A stretch of DNA of 64,000 nucleotides from Kiritimatiellia bacterium. GTDB taxonomy: Bacteria > Verrucomicrobiota > Kiritimatiellia > JAAZAB01. The notes under the pieces were generated by a model. That model made no database searches. It was not told the origin of the DNA and worked only from the letters and a program-made list of their open reading frames with translations. Of this stretch, positions 19,019 to 28,014 are shown one piece after another. How positions within the stretch are numbered: position 1 is the stretch's first letter; every line of letters starts with the position of its first letter. The position numbers and the translations under genes were made by a program. Location of the stretch: assembly GCA_041653875.1 (NCBI GenBank), contig JBAZEM010000006.1, positions 46,585 through 110,584 of the forward strand, in the 5' to 3' direction.

Positions 19019-19881
19019 TCTTTGTTTGCTCCTTGTATGATTTCCGGATGGATTCGCTTTAGAAGTTCAGGCAGACCGTATAAAATCAGCCGTGGCGAGG
19101 GGATGGTGATGACTTGGGGGCCTATGTCGTCATAGACGCGGCCGGTTTTGATGGCGGAGATTTTCTCCCATCCTTTTCTTTGCTTTAAGGCCTCTTTGCC
19201 GAAATTTCTGCCCATGTAGGGCAGAATGATCACTTCGGGGTCGCTGTTGATGACAAATTCCGACGATATGCGCGGGAAGGGCTGGGCGATGGCGCCGGCA
19301 ATGTTTTGCCCGCCGGCGGCTTCGATCATTTCGTGGATAAACGACCCCTTGCCGCAAGTGAACAACGGGTCATAGCCGGTTTCCATGTAGACTCGCGGGC
19401 GCGAAGGCAGCGCTGCCGTCAAGCGCCTGGTTGTTGCGACGGTCGCGCGCATGCGTTTGAGCAACGCTGCCGTCCGCGCGGGTTCTTTGAGGATATCCCC
19501 GATCTGCCTGGTTTTGGCAAAAATTTCCGCGATGCCCTGCGTCTCATCCAGAACCACGACGCGCAGACCCAAGGCGGATAATTTTTCGGCGGCGGATTGT
19601 TGCCCCGCAAAACCGGTGGCCAGGATAAGATCGGGCTTGAGCGCGACGATTCTTTCAATGTTGGGTTTGACCCATAAACCGATCCGTTCCGCGCGCCGGA
19701 CTTCTTCCAGGTAATCGGAAGATGTCGTCACGCCGACGATCCGGTCCTGCAATCCCAGTTCGATCAGAATTTCATCGTAGCTGGGAGCAAGGCTCACAAT
19801 TCGTTTGGGCGCGGCGTCTTCGGCAAGGATGCGCGTGCCAATAAAGATCGAAAGACATCCGGCAACGATAAGCTTGGTCAT
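19015..19881 (-). CDS. btuF: Periplasmic binding protein of cobalamin/siderophore ABC transporter (BtuF-like)
   Basis: Signal peptide. PBP type-2 motifs (IVSLAPSYDEILIELG, VKPNIERIVALKPDLIL). The start ATG 19881 directly follows the riboswitch terminator T-tract. Confidence 0.7.
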   Translation of the reverse strand: MTKLIVAGCLSIFIGTRILAEDAAPKRIVSLAPSYDEILIELGLQDRIVGVTTSSDYLEEVRRAERIGLWVKPNIERIVALKPDLILATGFAGQQSAAEKLSALGLRVVVLDETQGIAEIFAKTRQIGDILKEPARTAALLKRMRATVATTRRLTAALPSRPRVYMETGYDPLFTCGKGSFIHEMIEAAGGQNIAGAIAQPFPRISSEFVINSDPEVIILPYMGRNFGKEALKQRKGWEKISAIKTGRVYDDIGPQVITIPSPRLILYGLPELLKRIHPEIIQGANKE

Positions 19882-20150
19882 AAAAAAACCTCCGATACGC
19901 TCGTAGGCGGATATCGAAGGTTTGCGATTGCGGAACCTCATCCTCTCCACCTGCGAGAGAGCGAATCCGGCCTGGCCGGATTCCGATGAGCGTGCAAAGC
20001 AACGTCTTCTGACTTCCGGGTGCTATCCTACTTTCCCCGCCTTCTCCCAACCTGTGCTGGGATGGCTTATGGGATTTCGTCCCCGGTTACAGCGGCGCAA
20101 CCGCGTCCGATTTTCACGGACTTCCGTACGCCTTCCACGCTTGTAAAAAC
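19882..20150 (-). ncRNA. Cobalamin (B12) riboswitch controlling btuF-TBDR-btuCD
   Basis: The minus strand reads GTGAAAATCGGACGCGGTTGCGCCGCTGTAACCGGGGACGAAATCCC...GCCATCCCAGCACAGGTTGGGAGAAGGCGGGG...CAGAAGACG. This is homologous to the element at 6813-7062. It ends in a hairpin plus TTTTTTT abutting the btuF ATG. The context is the classic B12-importer regulon. Confidence 0.7.
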
Positions 20151-20204
20151 TGCGGATCAAAGAACAACGCAATGAGTCAACTATAATCTGCAAGACTTGT
20201 CAAT

Positions 20205-20615
20205 TTATTTGTCGCGGGATTTTATTTGTCTGCCAATTGCGGCAAACTGGTCGCAGGTGTCGGTGGCTTCCACTTCCCGGTTGGATCGGCCGCAGCGTTG
20301 CAGGAAAGGATTGACCACATAATGGGCGCAATGCCGGCAAAGCCGTCCGACGGTTTCGAGCACCTCGCGCTCGCCGAATACCCTGGGCGGCGGCGGCACG
20401 TCCTGGCGCCCGAAGCCCGGCGCGATTTTTTTCGTTTTGAACGGCACTGTGTCTCCGTCGGGAAAAATATGGCCACAGGCGGCGCAGGACAGTTTCTCGC
20501 CTGTGCGTTTGAATCCCTCGTACACAATCTCGCGCTTGAGCAGCGCGTCCTGGCCGCAGGCCGGACAGAGAATTTCAATCGGCCGAACTGGTGTTTTGCG
20601 ATCCGCTTTTTCCAT
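20205..20615 (-). CDS. Zinc-ribbon domain hypothetical protein
   Basis: Two CxxC...CxxC clusters (CPACG..CAACG ; CRHCAH). The strand choice over the antisense ORF 20226..20675 is tentative. Confidence 0.3.
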   Translation of the reverse strand: MEKADRKTPVRPIEILCPACGQDALLKREIVYEGFKRTGEKLSCAACGHIFPDGDTVPFKTKKIAPGFGRQDVPPPPRVFGEREVLETVGRLCRHCAHYVVNPFLQRCGRSNREVEATDTCDQFAAIGRQIKSRDK

Positions 20616-20923
20616 AGGCCATCAGTCTGGGAAAAATGCGTTGTAGTTGTCAAGAATGTAAAATGCGCAGGCTGAGGCGAGCTATTGGCCAACCGTGGCC
20701 GGGCGCGATGGCGCGCGATATTGGCGCGAATTTTTGCGGCGGACGCGCTTCTGCCCTTGACGGCGCCCGTTGTGCCGTCTAAATTATATTCGCGATCGCG
20801 AACGCAACTGTTACGGCTGGCGCGGCGGATCCGCCGCGCGTTCGTGTTTGCATAATCCCGGATATTTCAGCATAATGGGGGCATGGCGCACAATCGGCAA
20901 CCGATGGACGCAAGGAGGAACCA

Positions 20924-21427
20924 ATGGCCAAAATCACGTTCAAAGGCAGTGTGATTCATACGGCGGGGAAATTGCCGGCCCGCGGGACGGTGGCGCCGGA
21001 CTTCAAATTAACGGGCGCGGATCTTGCGGACGTGACGCTGGCCACGTTCGGGCAGAAGACCAAGATTGTCAATATCGTGCCCAGCCTGGATACCCCCGTG
21101 TGCGCCGTATCGGCGCGCAAATTCAACGAGGCGGTCGCGGCGCTGGCGAATACGGCGCTCATTAATATCTCGGCGGACTTGCCCTTTGCCCAAAGCCGGT
21201 TCTGCGAGAGCCAGGGGTTGCGAAATATTGTGACGCTCTCAACCCTGCGCTCGCCGCGCTTCGGCAAGGAATACGGCGTGCAGATCAAGGATGGGCCGCT
21301 GGCCGGATTGATGAGCCGCGCGGTGCTGGTGCTGGACGGCAATAACCGCATTGTCCATGCCCAGCAAGTTCCGGATATCGCCCAGGAGCCGGATTATGAC
21401 GCGGCCCTGGCGGCGGCGAAAGGCTGA
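20924..21427 (+). CDS. tpx: Thiol peroxidase
   Basis: Tpx signature [18 protein letters not shown]. Confidence 0.85.
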   Translation: MAKITFKGSVIHTAGKLPARGTVAPDFKLTGADLADVTLATFGQKTKIVNIVPSLDTPVCAVSARKFNEAVAALANTALINISADLPFAQSRFCESQGLRNIVTLSTLRSPRFGKEYGVQIKDGPLAGLMSRAVLVLDGNNRIVHAQQVPDIAQEPDYDAALAAAKG

Positions 21428-21592
21428 ATAAGCAAGAGGCGTTCTTTGTTCCTCGTTCTTGGTTCTTCGTCTTTTGGTCGGATTGAAAGCCATTTTTTAT
21501 TGAGCCGATAGCGGGACTGAAGTGCATGTGTTCGTAACGAAGAACGAAGAACGAAGAACCAAGAACAATTTAATTCGAACCAATAAATCCTT

Positions 21593-22207
21593 ATGAAAAC
21601 CCTGGCCTCACTGCTTATTAAAGGGCTGTCGGCGATTTTGCCGATCAGTGTCGTGCTGTTTTTTATTTTTTGGATCGGTTCCACCGCCGAGCATGCGCTG
21701 GGCGGGCTGCTGAAGGCGGTGTTGCCCGAACGCATCTACCTGCCGGGCATGGGCCTGTTGGCCGGATTGATTCTGGCGGTCGGGGTCGGGCTCCTGCTTA
21801 ATCTCTGGCTGTTCCAAAGGCTGGTGGACATGGTCGAAGGCTGGATGGCCCGCGTTCCGCTGGTGAAAACGGTGCTGGGCGGCATCAAGGACTTGATGGC
21901 CTTCCTGGCCAAGGGCAAGAAAATAAATTCCGGCAAAAAATATGTGGTCAAGGCGGACATGGGTAATGACATTCATTTGCTGGGAATTATGACCCGGCAG
22001 GATCTGAATGGGACGGGCTTGGAACCCATGGGCGCGGGGCACTGCGCCGTATATGTTCCAATCAGTTATCAGCTGGGCGGCTATACGATCTATTTGCCGC
22101 GTTCGCGGCTCACGCCGATTAATATGTCGGTCGAGGATGCGCTTCGGTTTGCCATGTCGGCGGGCATGTCCGGCGAGAAGAAAGTGAGCGATTTAGCGAT
22201 TCAGTGA
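21593..22207 (+). CDS. DUF502-family membrane protein
   Basis: N-terminal TM pair plus a conserved DUF502-like core (KxxxGxIKDL..). Confidence 0.6.
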   Translation: MKTLASLLIKGLSAILPISVVLFFIFWIGSTAEHALGGLLKAVLPERIYLPGMGLLAGLILAVGVGLLLNLWLFQRLVDMVEGWMARVPLVKTVLGGIKDLMAFLAKGKKINSGKKYVVKADMGNDIHLLGIMTRQDLNGTGLEPMGAGHCAVYVPISYQLGGYTIYLPRSRLTPINMSVEDALRFAMSAGMSGEKKVSDLAIQ

Positions 22208-22294
22208 ATTAATGATTTAGGAGAAATTGAGATGGTCTATTCTTCAATCGCTAAATCACTTAATCGCTGAATCTCTAAATTTCTTGAGGGTGTT

Positions 22295-22843
22295 ATGATT
22301 AAAATGGGTATTGGCTTCGATGCGCACCGGCTGGTCAAGGGGCGGCGGCTGATTCTGGGGGGTGTGCCTATTGAGCATGTCATGGGTCTGGCGGGACATT
22401 CCGATGCCGACGTGCTTTGCCACGCGCTGGCCGATGCCTTGTTGGGCGCCATTGCCGATGGCGATATCGGCGCGCATTTCCCGGATACCGATCCGCGCTG
22501 GAAAGACGCGGACAGCCTCGATCTGCTGGCGCAGGTGGCGGCGCGTTTGAAGGCCCGCCGGACGCGCATCGTGCATGTGGATGCCACTGTCATGGCCGAA
22601 GCGCCGAAATTGGCGCCCTATCGGCAAGCCATGCGCGAGCGGCTGGCATCCGTGCTGGAAGTGTCGGTGACGGACGTTTCGATCAAGGCCACAACCTTGG
22701 AAGGCATGGGCGCCTTGGGACGCCGGGAAGGCATTGCCGCCATGGCCGTCGCGACGGTGGAGGTGGCAAGACGGACGACAGATGGCAGACGACAGACGCC
22801 AGCCCGGAGAAGAGGGGGGGGACGGACGACAGACGACGGATAA
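22295..22843 (+). CDS. ispF: 2-C-methyl-D-erythritol 2,4-cyclodiphosphate synthase
   Basis: GIGFDAHRL...GHSDADVLCHALADALLGA motifs. The C-terminus is extended about 20 aa by read-through into a GACGACAGACGAC repeat. Confidence 0.85.
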   Translation: MIKMGIGFDAHRLVKGRRLILGGVPIEHVMGLAGHSDADVLCHALADALLGAIADGDIGAHFPDTDPRWKDADSLDLLAQVAARLKARRTRIVHVDATVMAEAPKLAPYRQAMRERLASVLEVSVTDVSIKATTLEGMGALGRREGIAAMAVATVEVARRTTDGRRQTPARRRGGGRTTDDG

Positions 22844-22925
22844 CTGACACCAGTCCTGAAAGGACGAAGGGCGGAAAAACGAAGAACTAAGAACTAAGAA
22901 CGAAGAACCAAGAACGCATTCCCCC

Positions 22926-24410
22926 ATGCCTTTGCACATTTACAATACCCTGACGCGATGCGTGGAAGAGTTCATTCCGCTTCAGGCCCCGCAGGTGCGG
23001 CTTTATACCTGCGGGCCGACGGTCTATGACTTTGCCCATATCGGCAATTTCCGCGCCTATGTGTTCGAGGACCTGCTCCGGCGCACTCTGCGCTTGCGGG
23101 GGTTTCAGGTGACTCAGGTCATGAACCTTACTGACGTGGATGACAAAACCATCCGTGGCGCGCAAGCGGCTAAGGCGGCCTTGCGCGATTATACGCAAAA
23201 GTACAAAGATGCATTTTTTGAGGACCTGCGCGTGTTGGCGGTCGAGCCGGCCGAGCACTATCCGGCCGCCACGGCGCATATCCCCGAAATGATTGCCTTG
23301 ATCGAGACCCTTTTCCAAAAGGGCTATGCCTATCGCTCCGAAGATGGATCCGTGTATTTCAGCATCGCCAAATTCAAGGATTACGGGAAACTCGCGCGCC
23401 TGGATCTTGCCGGCCTCAAGCCGGGCGCGCGTATTGCGCAGGACGAATATCAGAAGGAAAATGCGGCCGATTTTGCTCTGTGGAAAGCCTGGCAAAGCGA
23501 AGACGGCGATGTGGTTTGGGATTCGCCCTGGGGGCGCGGCCGGCCAGGTTGGCACATCGAGTGCTCGGCCATGAGCATGAAATACCTGGGGGCCGGTTTC
23601 GATCTGCACACCGGCGGCGTGGACAATATTTTCCCGCACCACGAGGACGAAATTGCCCAGAGCGAGGCCGCCACCGGCCGGCCTTTCGTCAAGTACTGGA
23701 TGCATTGCGCCCATCTGGTCGTGGATGGACGTAAGATGTCCAAGTCGCTGGGTAATTTTTTCACGCTTCGGGATATAATTGGGCGCGGCTACTCCGGACG
23801 TGAAATCCGCTACGCGCTCATGGCGGTCCATTACCGGCAGGCGCTCAATTTTACCTTTGAGGCGCTCGATGCCGCTCGCGGCGCCCTCGCCCGCCTGGAT
23901 GAGTTCGCGGAACGAATACGATCGCAAAGCGATCGGAAGTCAGAAGTCAGAAGTCAGAAGTCAGAAATCAGCAGTCAGCAGTCGGCAACTAATGCACAAG
24001 CTGATATCGAATCGGCAATCGGCAATCGGCAATCGGAAATCGGAAATTGGACTGCTCCTCACCTGGCGGCTTTCACGCGTGCCCTGGATGACGACCTCAA
24101 TATTTCGCTGGCCCTGGCCGCGCTCTTCGATTTTGTTCATGCCGGCAACAAGCGCTTGGCTGAAGGCGCCTTGAGTCCGGTGGAAGCCGTCCAGGCGCTT
24201 GACGCGCTGGCCCATATCGACTGTGTGCTGGGTGTGCGCGGCGCGGATACCTTGGCCCCGCCGGCGCACGTTGTGCGCCTGGCCCAGGCGCGACTGGAAG
24301 CCCGCCGAAGCAAAAATTGGGCCGAGGCCGACCGCCTGCGCTGTGAGGTCGAGACCCAAGGCTGGATCATTCAGGATGCGGTCGACGGGTTCAAGGTGAA
24401 GCGCAAATGA
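22926..24410 (+). CDS. cysS: Cysteine--tRNA ligase with in-frame low-complexity insertion
   Basis: HIGH motif (AHIGNFRAY), KMSKS (KMSKSLGN). An insertion of about 45 aa is encoded by (CAGAAGT)n and (AATCGGC)n microsatellites at 23930-24050. Confidence 0.85.
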   Translation: MPLHIYNTLTRCVEEFIPLQAPQVRLYTCGPTVYDFAHIGNFRAYVFEDLLRRTLRLRGFQVTQVMNLTDVDDKTIRGAQAAKAALRDYTQKYKDAFFEDLRVLAVEPAEHYPAATAHIPEMIALIETLFQKGYAYRSEDGSVYFSIAKFKDYGKLARLDLAGLKPGARIAQDEYQKENAADFALWKAWQSEDGDVVWDSPWGRGRPGWHIECSAMSMKYLGAGFDLHTGGVDNIFPHHEDEIAQSEAATGRPFVKYWMHCAHLVVDGRKMSKSLGNFFTLRDIIGRGYSGREIRYALMAVHYRQALNFTFEALDAARGALARLDEFAERIRSQSDRKSEVRSQKSEISSQQSATNAQADIESAIGNRQSEIGNWTAPHLAAFTRALDDDLNISLALAALFDFVHAGNKRLAEGALSPVEAVQALDALAHIDCVLGVRGADTLAPPAHVVRLAQARLEARRSKNWAEADRLRCEVETQGWIIQDAVDGFKVKRK

Positions 24411-25054
24411 AACCGCGCGGCAAATTTATCACGTTGGAAGGTCCGGAAGGCAGTGGCAAGTCCACGCATGCCCGCCGGCTGGTTGCGCAACTCCAGGCTG
24501 GGGGTCATTCCGTTCTCGCCACGCGTGAGCCGGGCGGCACGCCCGTGGGTGAAACCGTTCGCCGTTTGCTCCAGCACGATGCCGGCGGCGAGGGCATGTC
24601 CGCGGAAACGGAACTCTTCCTATTCATGGCCAGCCGCGCGCAATTGGTGCGCCAGATCATCGTTCCCGCCCTGGCGGACGGTGTCTGTGTGGTGTGTGAC
24701 CGCTTTGCCGATTCCACGACCGCTTATCAGGGCTATGCGCGCGGGTGTGACGTCGAAAATATCCTGGTTTTGAACGATTTGGCCACCGGCGGCCTGGCGC
24801 CGGATCTCACGATTCTGCTGGATGTGGATGTCAAGGCCGGCTTCGAGCGCCTGCACCATCGCAATTTGCGCCAGGGCGTGGCGAAGGACCGTATTGAACG
24901 GGAAGCACTCTGCTTCCATGAGCGGGTCCGCGCCGGATATCTGGAACTGGCGCGGCGTTGGCCGCAGCGTATCCGGGTTGTGGATGCCGCGCGCGATGAG
25001 GATGCCGTTCAAGCCGATATCTGGGGGTTGGCACTGCATGTCATCGGAATCTGA
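24407..25054 (+). CDS. tmk: Thymidylate kinase
   Basis: P-loop GPEGSGKST, DRF motif. ATGA overlap with cysS. Confidence 0.85.
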   Translation: MKPRGKFITLEGPEGSGKSTHARRLVAQLQAGGHSVLATREPGGTPVGETVRRLLQHDAGGEGMSAETELFLFMASRAQLVRQIIVPALADGVCVVCDRFADSTTAYQGYARGCDVENILVLNDLATGGLAPDLTILLDVDVKAGFERLHHRNLRQGVAKDRIEREALCFHERVRAGYLELARRWPQRIRVVDAARDEDAVQADIWGLALHVIGI

Positions 25055-26084
25055 ACTCGAGCAGGTTTTGGCGTCGCTGCGGCAAAGCATAGCCTCCGGC
25101 CGCCTGGCGCACGCGTATCTGATCGTGGGGGCGCCCCGCGGCGCCGCCGGGGTTCTGGCCGAACGGGTGGTGGAACTGCTCTATTGTACGGCGCCGGGCG
25201 AGCGCCCTTGCGGAGGGTGCGCCAAGTGCCGGCGAATCGCCGCGCATGCCCATCCCGATGTATTGTGGGTGGAACCGCAAAAAAAATCGCGCGGTATTTT
25301 GACGGAGCAAATCGAGGCGGTCCAGGAGCATGTCAATCTGACTTCCTTCGAGGGCGGTTGGAAGGTCGTGGTGTTTATCAATGCCGACCGGCTCAATCCG
25401 CAGGCCGCGAACCGGTTGCTCAAAACGCTTGAGGAGCCGCCGGCCAAATGCCTCTTTTTGCTGGTCACCGATCAGCCCTCGAGGCTCCTGCCAACCGTTG
25501 TTTCGCGATGCCAGCGCGTGACGCTGGCGGCGGGAGATGATGCGTTCGGCGCGGAGTCCAAGGCCATGGTTGTGGATGCGCTGACCGGCATCGAGGAGCG
25601 GAGTGTTGCGGCGGCCGTGGCCCGCTCAAGGCGCGTACTGGCCTTTTTAAAAACGGAGCGCGACAAGATCGCCGAGGCAATCAAGGCCGAGAGCGCGGCG
25701 GACTCCAATCGCGGCGAGCCGGACGCGGAGAAAGTTTCTAAAGACGCGCGGGAGGCCCGGATCGAGGCCCGGTACCGGGAGGTGCGCGCCGAATTGTTGC
25801 GGTGGCTGTTATTGTGGCAGCGCGACGTTTTGCTCCAGGTCTCCGGCGCGGGCGGCCTGATTGAACCGGTGTTTACCGAGAGCAAGGAGCTGATCCGGCG
25901 CTGGGCCGTTGCATTGACTTATCGCCGCGCGTTGGATAACATCCGTACAATTGAAGACATGCGATGGCAGTTGGATCAGTATTTGCCCGAGACCATGGTG
26001 CTGGAACGCGGGTTTATCCGCCTGCTGGCGGCAGGGGCGCCTGCTGGCGGACGCCGGACGACAGACGACAGAATGAACGAGTAA
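25038..26084 (+). CDS. holB: DNA polymerase III delta-prime subunit
   Basis: AAA+ clamp-loader motifs (HAYLIVGAPRG, CxxCxxC zinc module). Classic tmk-holB-PSP1 order. Confidence 0.75.
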   Translation: MSSESELEQVLASLRQSIASGRLAHAYLIVGAPRGAAGVLAERVVELLYCTAPGERPCGGCAKCRRIAAHAHPDVLWVEPQKKSRGILTEQIEAVQEHVNLTSFEGGWKVVVFINADRLNPQAANRLLKTLEEPPAKCLFLLVTDQPSRLLPTVVSRCQRVTLAAGDDAFGAESKAMVVDALTGIEERSVAAAVARSRRVLAFLKTERDKIAEAIKAESAADSNRGEPDAEKVSKDAREARIEARYREVRAELLRWLLLWQRDVLLQVSGAGGLIEPVFTESKELIRRWAVALTYRRALDNIRTIEDMRWQLDQYLPETMVLERGFIRLLAAGAPAGGRRTTDDRMNE

Positions 26085-26130
26085 CGAAGAACGAAGAACT
26101 AAGAACTCGGAACCCCCTGAACACTTAAAC

Positions 26131-26958
26131 ATGCTCCGCTTGCTCCATATTAATTGTGACGATACGCATCCCTGGCGCTGTCTGGCGCCCATGGATTTGG
26201 CTATCGGCATCGGTGACGCCTGTATCGTGGAGGCCGAGCGCGTGTCGGAATACGGGCATGTGATTTCGATCGACGGCGAGACCCCGTCCGCTCCGGAAAA
26301 CCTGCCCCGGCTTCTGCGCCGCGCCACAATGCAGGATCAGGCGATGGCCGGCGAAAATCAGTTGTTTTCCAAGACGGCTTTGCGCTTGTGCCAGGAAAAA
26401 ATCAAGGAGCACCGCCTCGACATGCGGATCGTGCGCGTGCATTATTCCCTCGACCGTTCGCACTTGACCGTCACGTTCACGGCCGATGAGCGCGTGGATT
26501 TTCGGCAACTGATCCATGACTTGGCGGCGGAGACGCATGCGCGCGTGGAGATGCGGCAAATCGGGGCGCGTGACGAGGCCGCCATTTGCGGCGGACTGGC
26601 GACCTGTGGGCGTGTTCTGTGTTGCGCGGGGTGGCTTAAGGAGTTCGACAATGTTCACATTCGCATGGCCAAAAGTCAGGGGCTTTCACTCAATCCGGTG
26701 ACGCTCAACGGCATGTGCGGACGCCTGAAATGCTGCCTGCGCTACGAACAGGCCTGTTATCAGGATATGGCCCGCGGACTGCCGCATGAGGGCTGTCGGG
26801 TGCGATGTCCCGCCGGACAAGGCTGTGTGCTGGAAACGCGGGTGTTGGATCGCAAGGTCAAGGTTGGCCTCGATGACCGGCGGGTTATGGAATTTAACGC
26901 CCAGGATGTATTTGTGCTTGGCAACCAGCCGTCAAACAAGGATAATCGCCAGCCATGA
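26131..26958 (+). CDS. PSP1 C-terminal domain protein (YaaT-like)
   Basis: PSP1 domain. Conserved position after holB. Confidence 0.7.
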   Translation: MLRLLHINCDDTHPWRCLAPMDLAIGIGDACIVEAERVSEYGHVISIDGETPSAPENLPRLLRRATMQDQAMAGENQLFSKTALRLCQEKIKEHRLDMRIVRVHYSLDRSHLTVTFTADERVDFRQLIHDLAAETHARVEMRQIGARDEAAICGGLATCGRVLCCAGWLKEFDNVHIRMAKSQGLSLNPVTLNGMCGRLKCCLRYEQACYQDMARGLPHEGCRVRCPAGQGCVLETRVLDRKVKVGLDDRRVMEFNAQDVFVLGNQPSNKDNRQP

Positions 26959-27407
26959 TAAAGATTCTTGTTTTGAATGGGCCGAACCTGGGTGCGTTGG
27001 GCAAGCGTGAGCCGGCGCTTTATGGCAAGGAGACGCTGGATGATATTATCCGGGGGCTCCGGGATATCTCCGAGACCCTCGGTGTCGAACTGGAACATGT
27101 GCAGAGCAACGAGGAGGGCGCGCTGGTTTCGCAGATTCTGGCCAGCCGGGAAAAGTTCGACGGGATCATTCTGAACCCGGCCGCCTATACGCATACCAGT
27201 TTAGCCTTGCGGGATGCTCTGCAGGCCGTTGCCGTGCCATGCGTGGAAGTGCATCTTACCAATACGGCGGCCCGCGAGGAGTTCCGGCATGTCAGCCTGA
27301 CGGCCGGCGCCTGCCTTGGTCAGATCATGGGATTCGGGGCTTTTGGATATCATTTGGCCCTGACAGGATTGGTTCAATATCTCAAGTCCGGCCGGAGACC
27401 GGGGTAA
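26955..27407 (+). CDS. aroQ: 3-dehydroquinate dehydratase, type II
   Basis: ILVLNGPNLGALGKREPALYG N-terminus characteristic of type II DHQase. Confidence 0.85.
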   Translation: MIKILVLNGPNLGALGKREPALYGKETLDDIIRGLRDISETLGVELEHVQSNEEGALVSQILASREKFDGIILNPAAYTHTSLALRDALQAVAVPCVEVHLTNTAAREEFRHVSLTAGACLGQIMGFGAFGYHLALTGLVQYLKSGRRPG

Positions 27408-27425
27408 CATAATGACGAGGTGACC

Positions 27426-27878
27426 ATGCAACTGGATAAAGTCAAGGAAATCGTTGACCTGATGACCGCCAACGGGCTGGCAGAGTTTGAAATGGAAGAA
27501 AACGGCATGCGTCTGTCCATTAAAAAGGGCGGGGCTGCGCAGATTGTGCAGACGGTGGCCGCTCTGGCGGCGCCCGCGCCCAAGGCCGAGACATTCGCGG
27601 TGCCCGCGCCGGCGGCGCCTGTGGCGGACGATCCGCGCATGGCGTTCGTCAAGGCGCCGTTTGTGGGCACCTTGTACCGCGCGCCGGCGCCGGATGCCGA
27701 GCCGTACGTGACGGTTGGTCAGGAGGTGACGCCGGAGACGGTCTTGTGCATTGTCGAAGCCATGAAGGTCATGAACGAAATCAAGGCCGAAGTCAAGGGC
27801 ATCGTCCGTGAAGTGTTGGTGGAGAACGCCCATGCCGTGCAGTACGGCCAGCCGTTGTTTAAAATCGAAAAAACATAA
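27426..27878 (+). CDS. accB: Biotin carboxyl carrier protein of acetyl-CoA carboxylase
   Basis: Biotinyl-lysine motif EAMKVMNEI. Ala/Pro linker. Confidence 0.85.
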   Translation: MQLDKVKEIVDLMTANGLAEFEMEENGMRLSIKKGGAAQIVQTVAALAAPAPKAETFAVPAPAAPVADDPRMAFVKAPFVGTLYRAPAPDAEPYVTVGQEVTPETVLCIVEAMKVMNEIKAEVKGIVREVLVENAHAVQYGQPLFKIEKT

Positions 27879-28014
27879 GGATGGTTTGACGGTTCACGGT
27901 TGGAAAATTAACCGGGAGAATCGGCTTGCCTGGTCAGAACGCTTCTGGTGGAGCCTGGCAACCGTTGAGCCGTGAACCGCTGAACCTTTTAAACCATCGT
28001 TAATAGGATATGGC

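Noticed and set aside
20226-20675. Plus-strand 149-aa ORF
   Set aside because: Less protein-like than the overlapping minus-strand zinc-ribbon ORF. Both remain low confidence.
22887-23927. 346-aa minus-strand ORF
   Set aside because: Antisense to cysS, which has unambiguous HIGH/KMSKS motifs.
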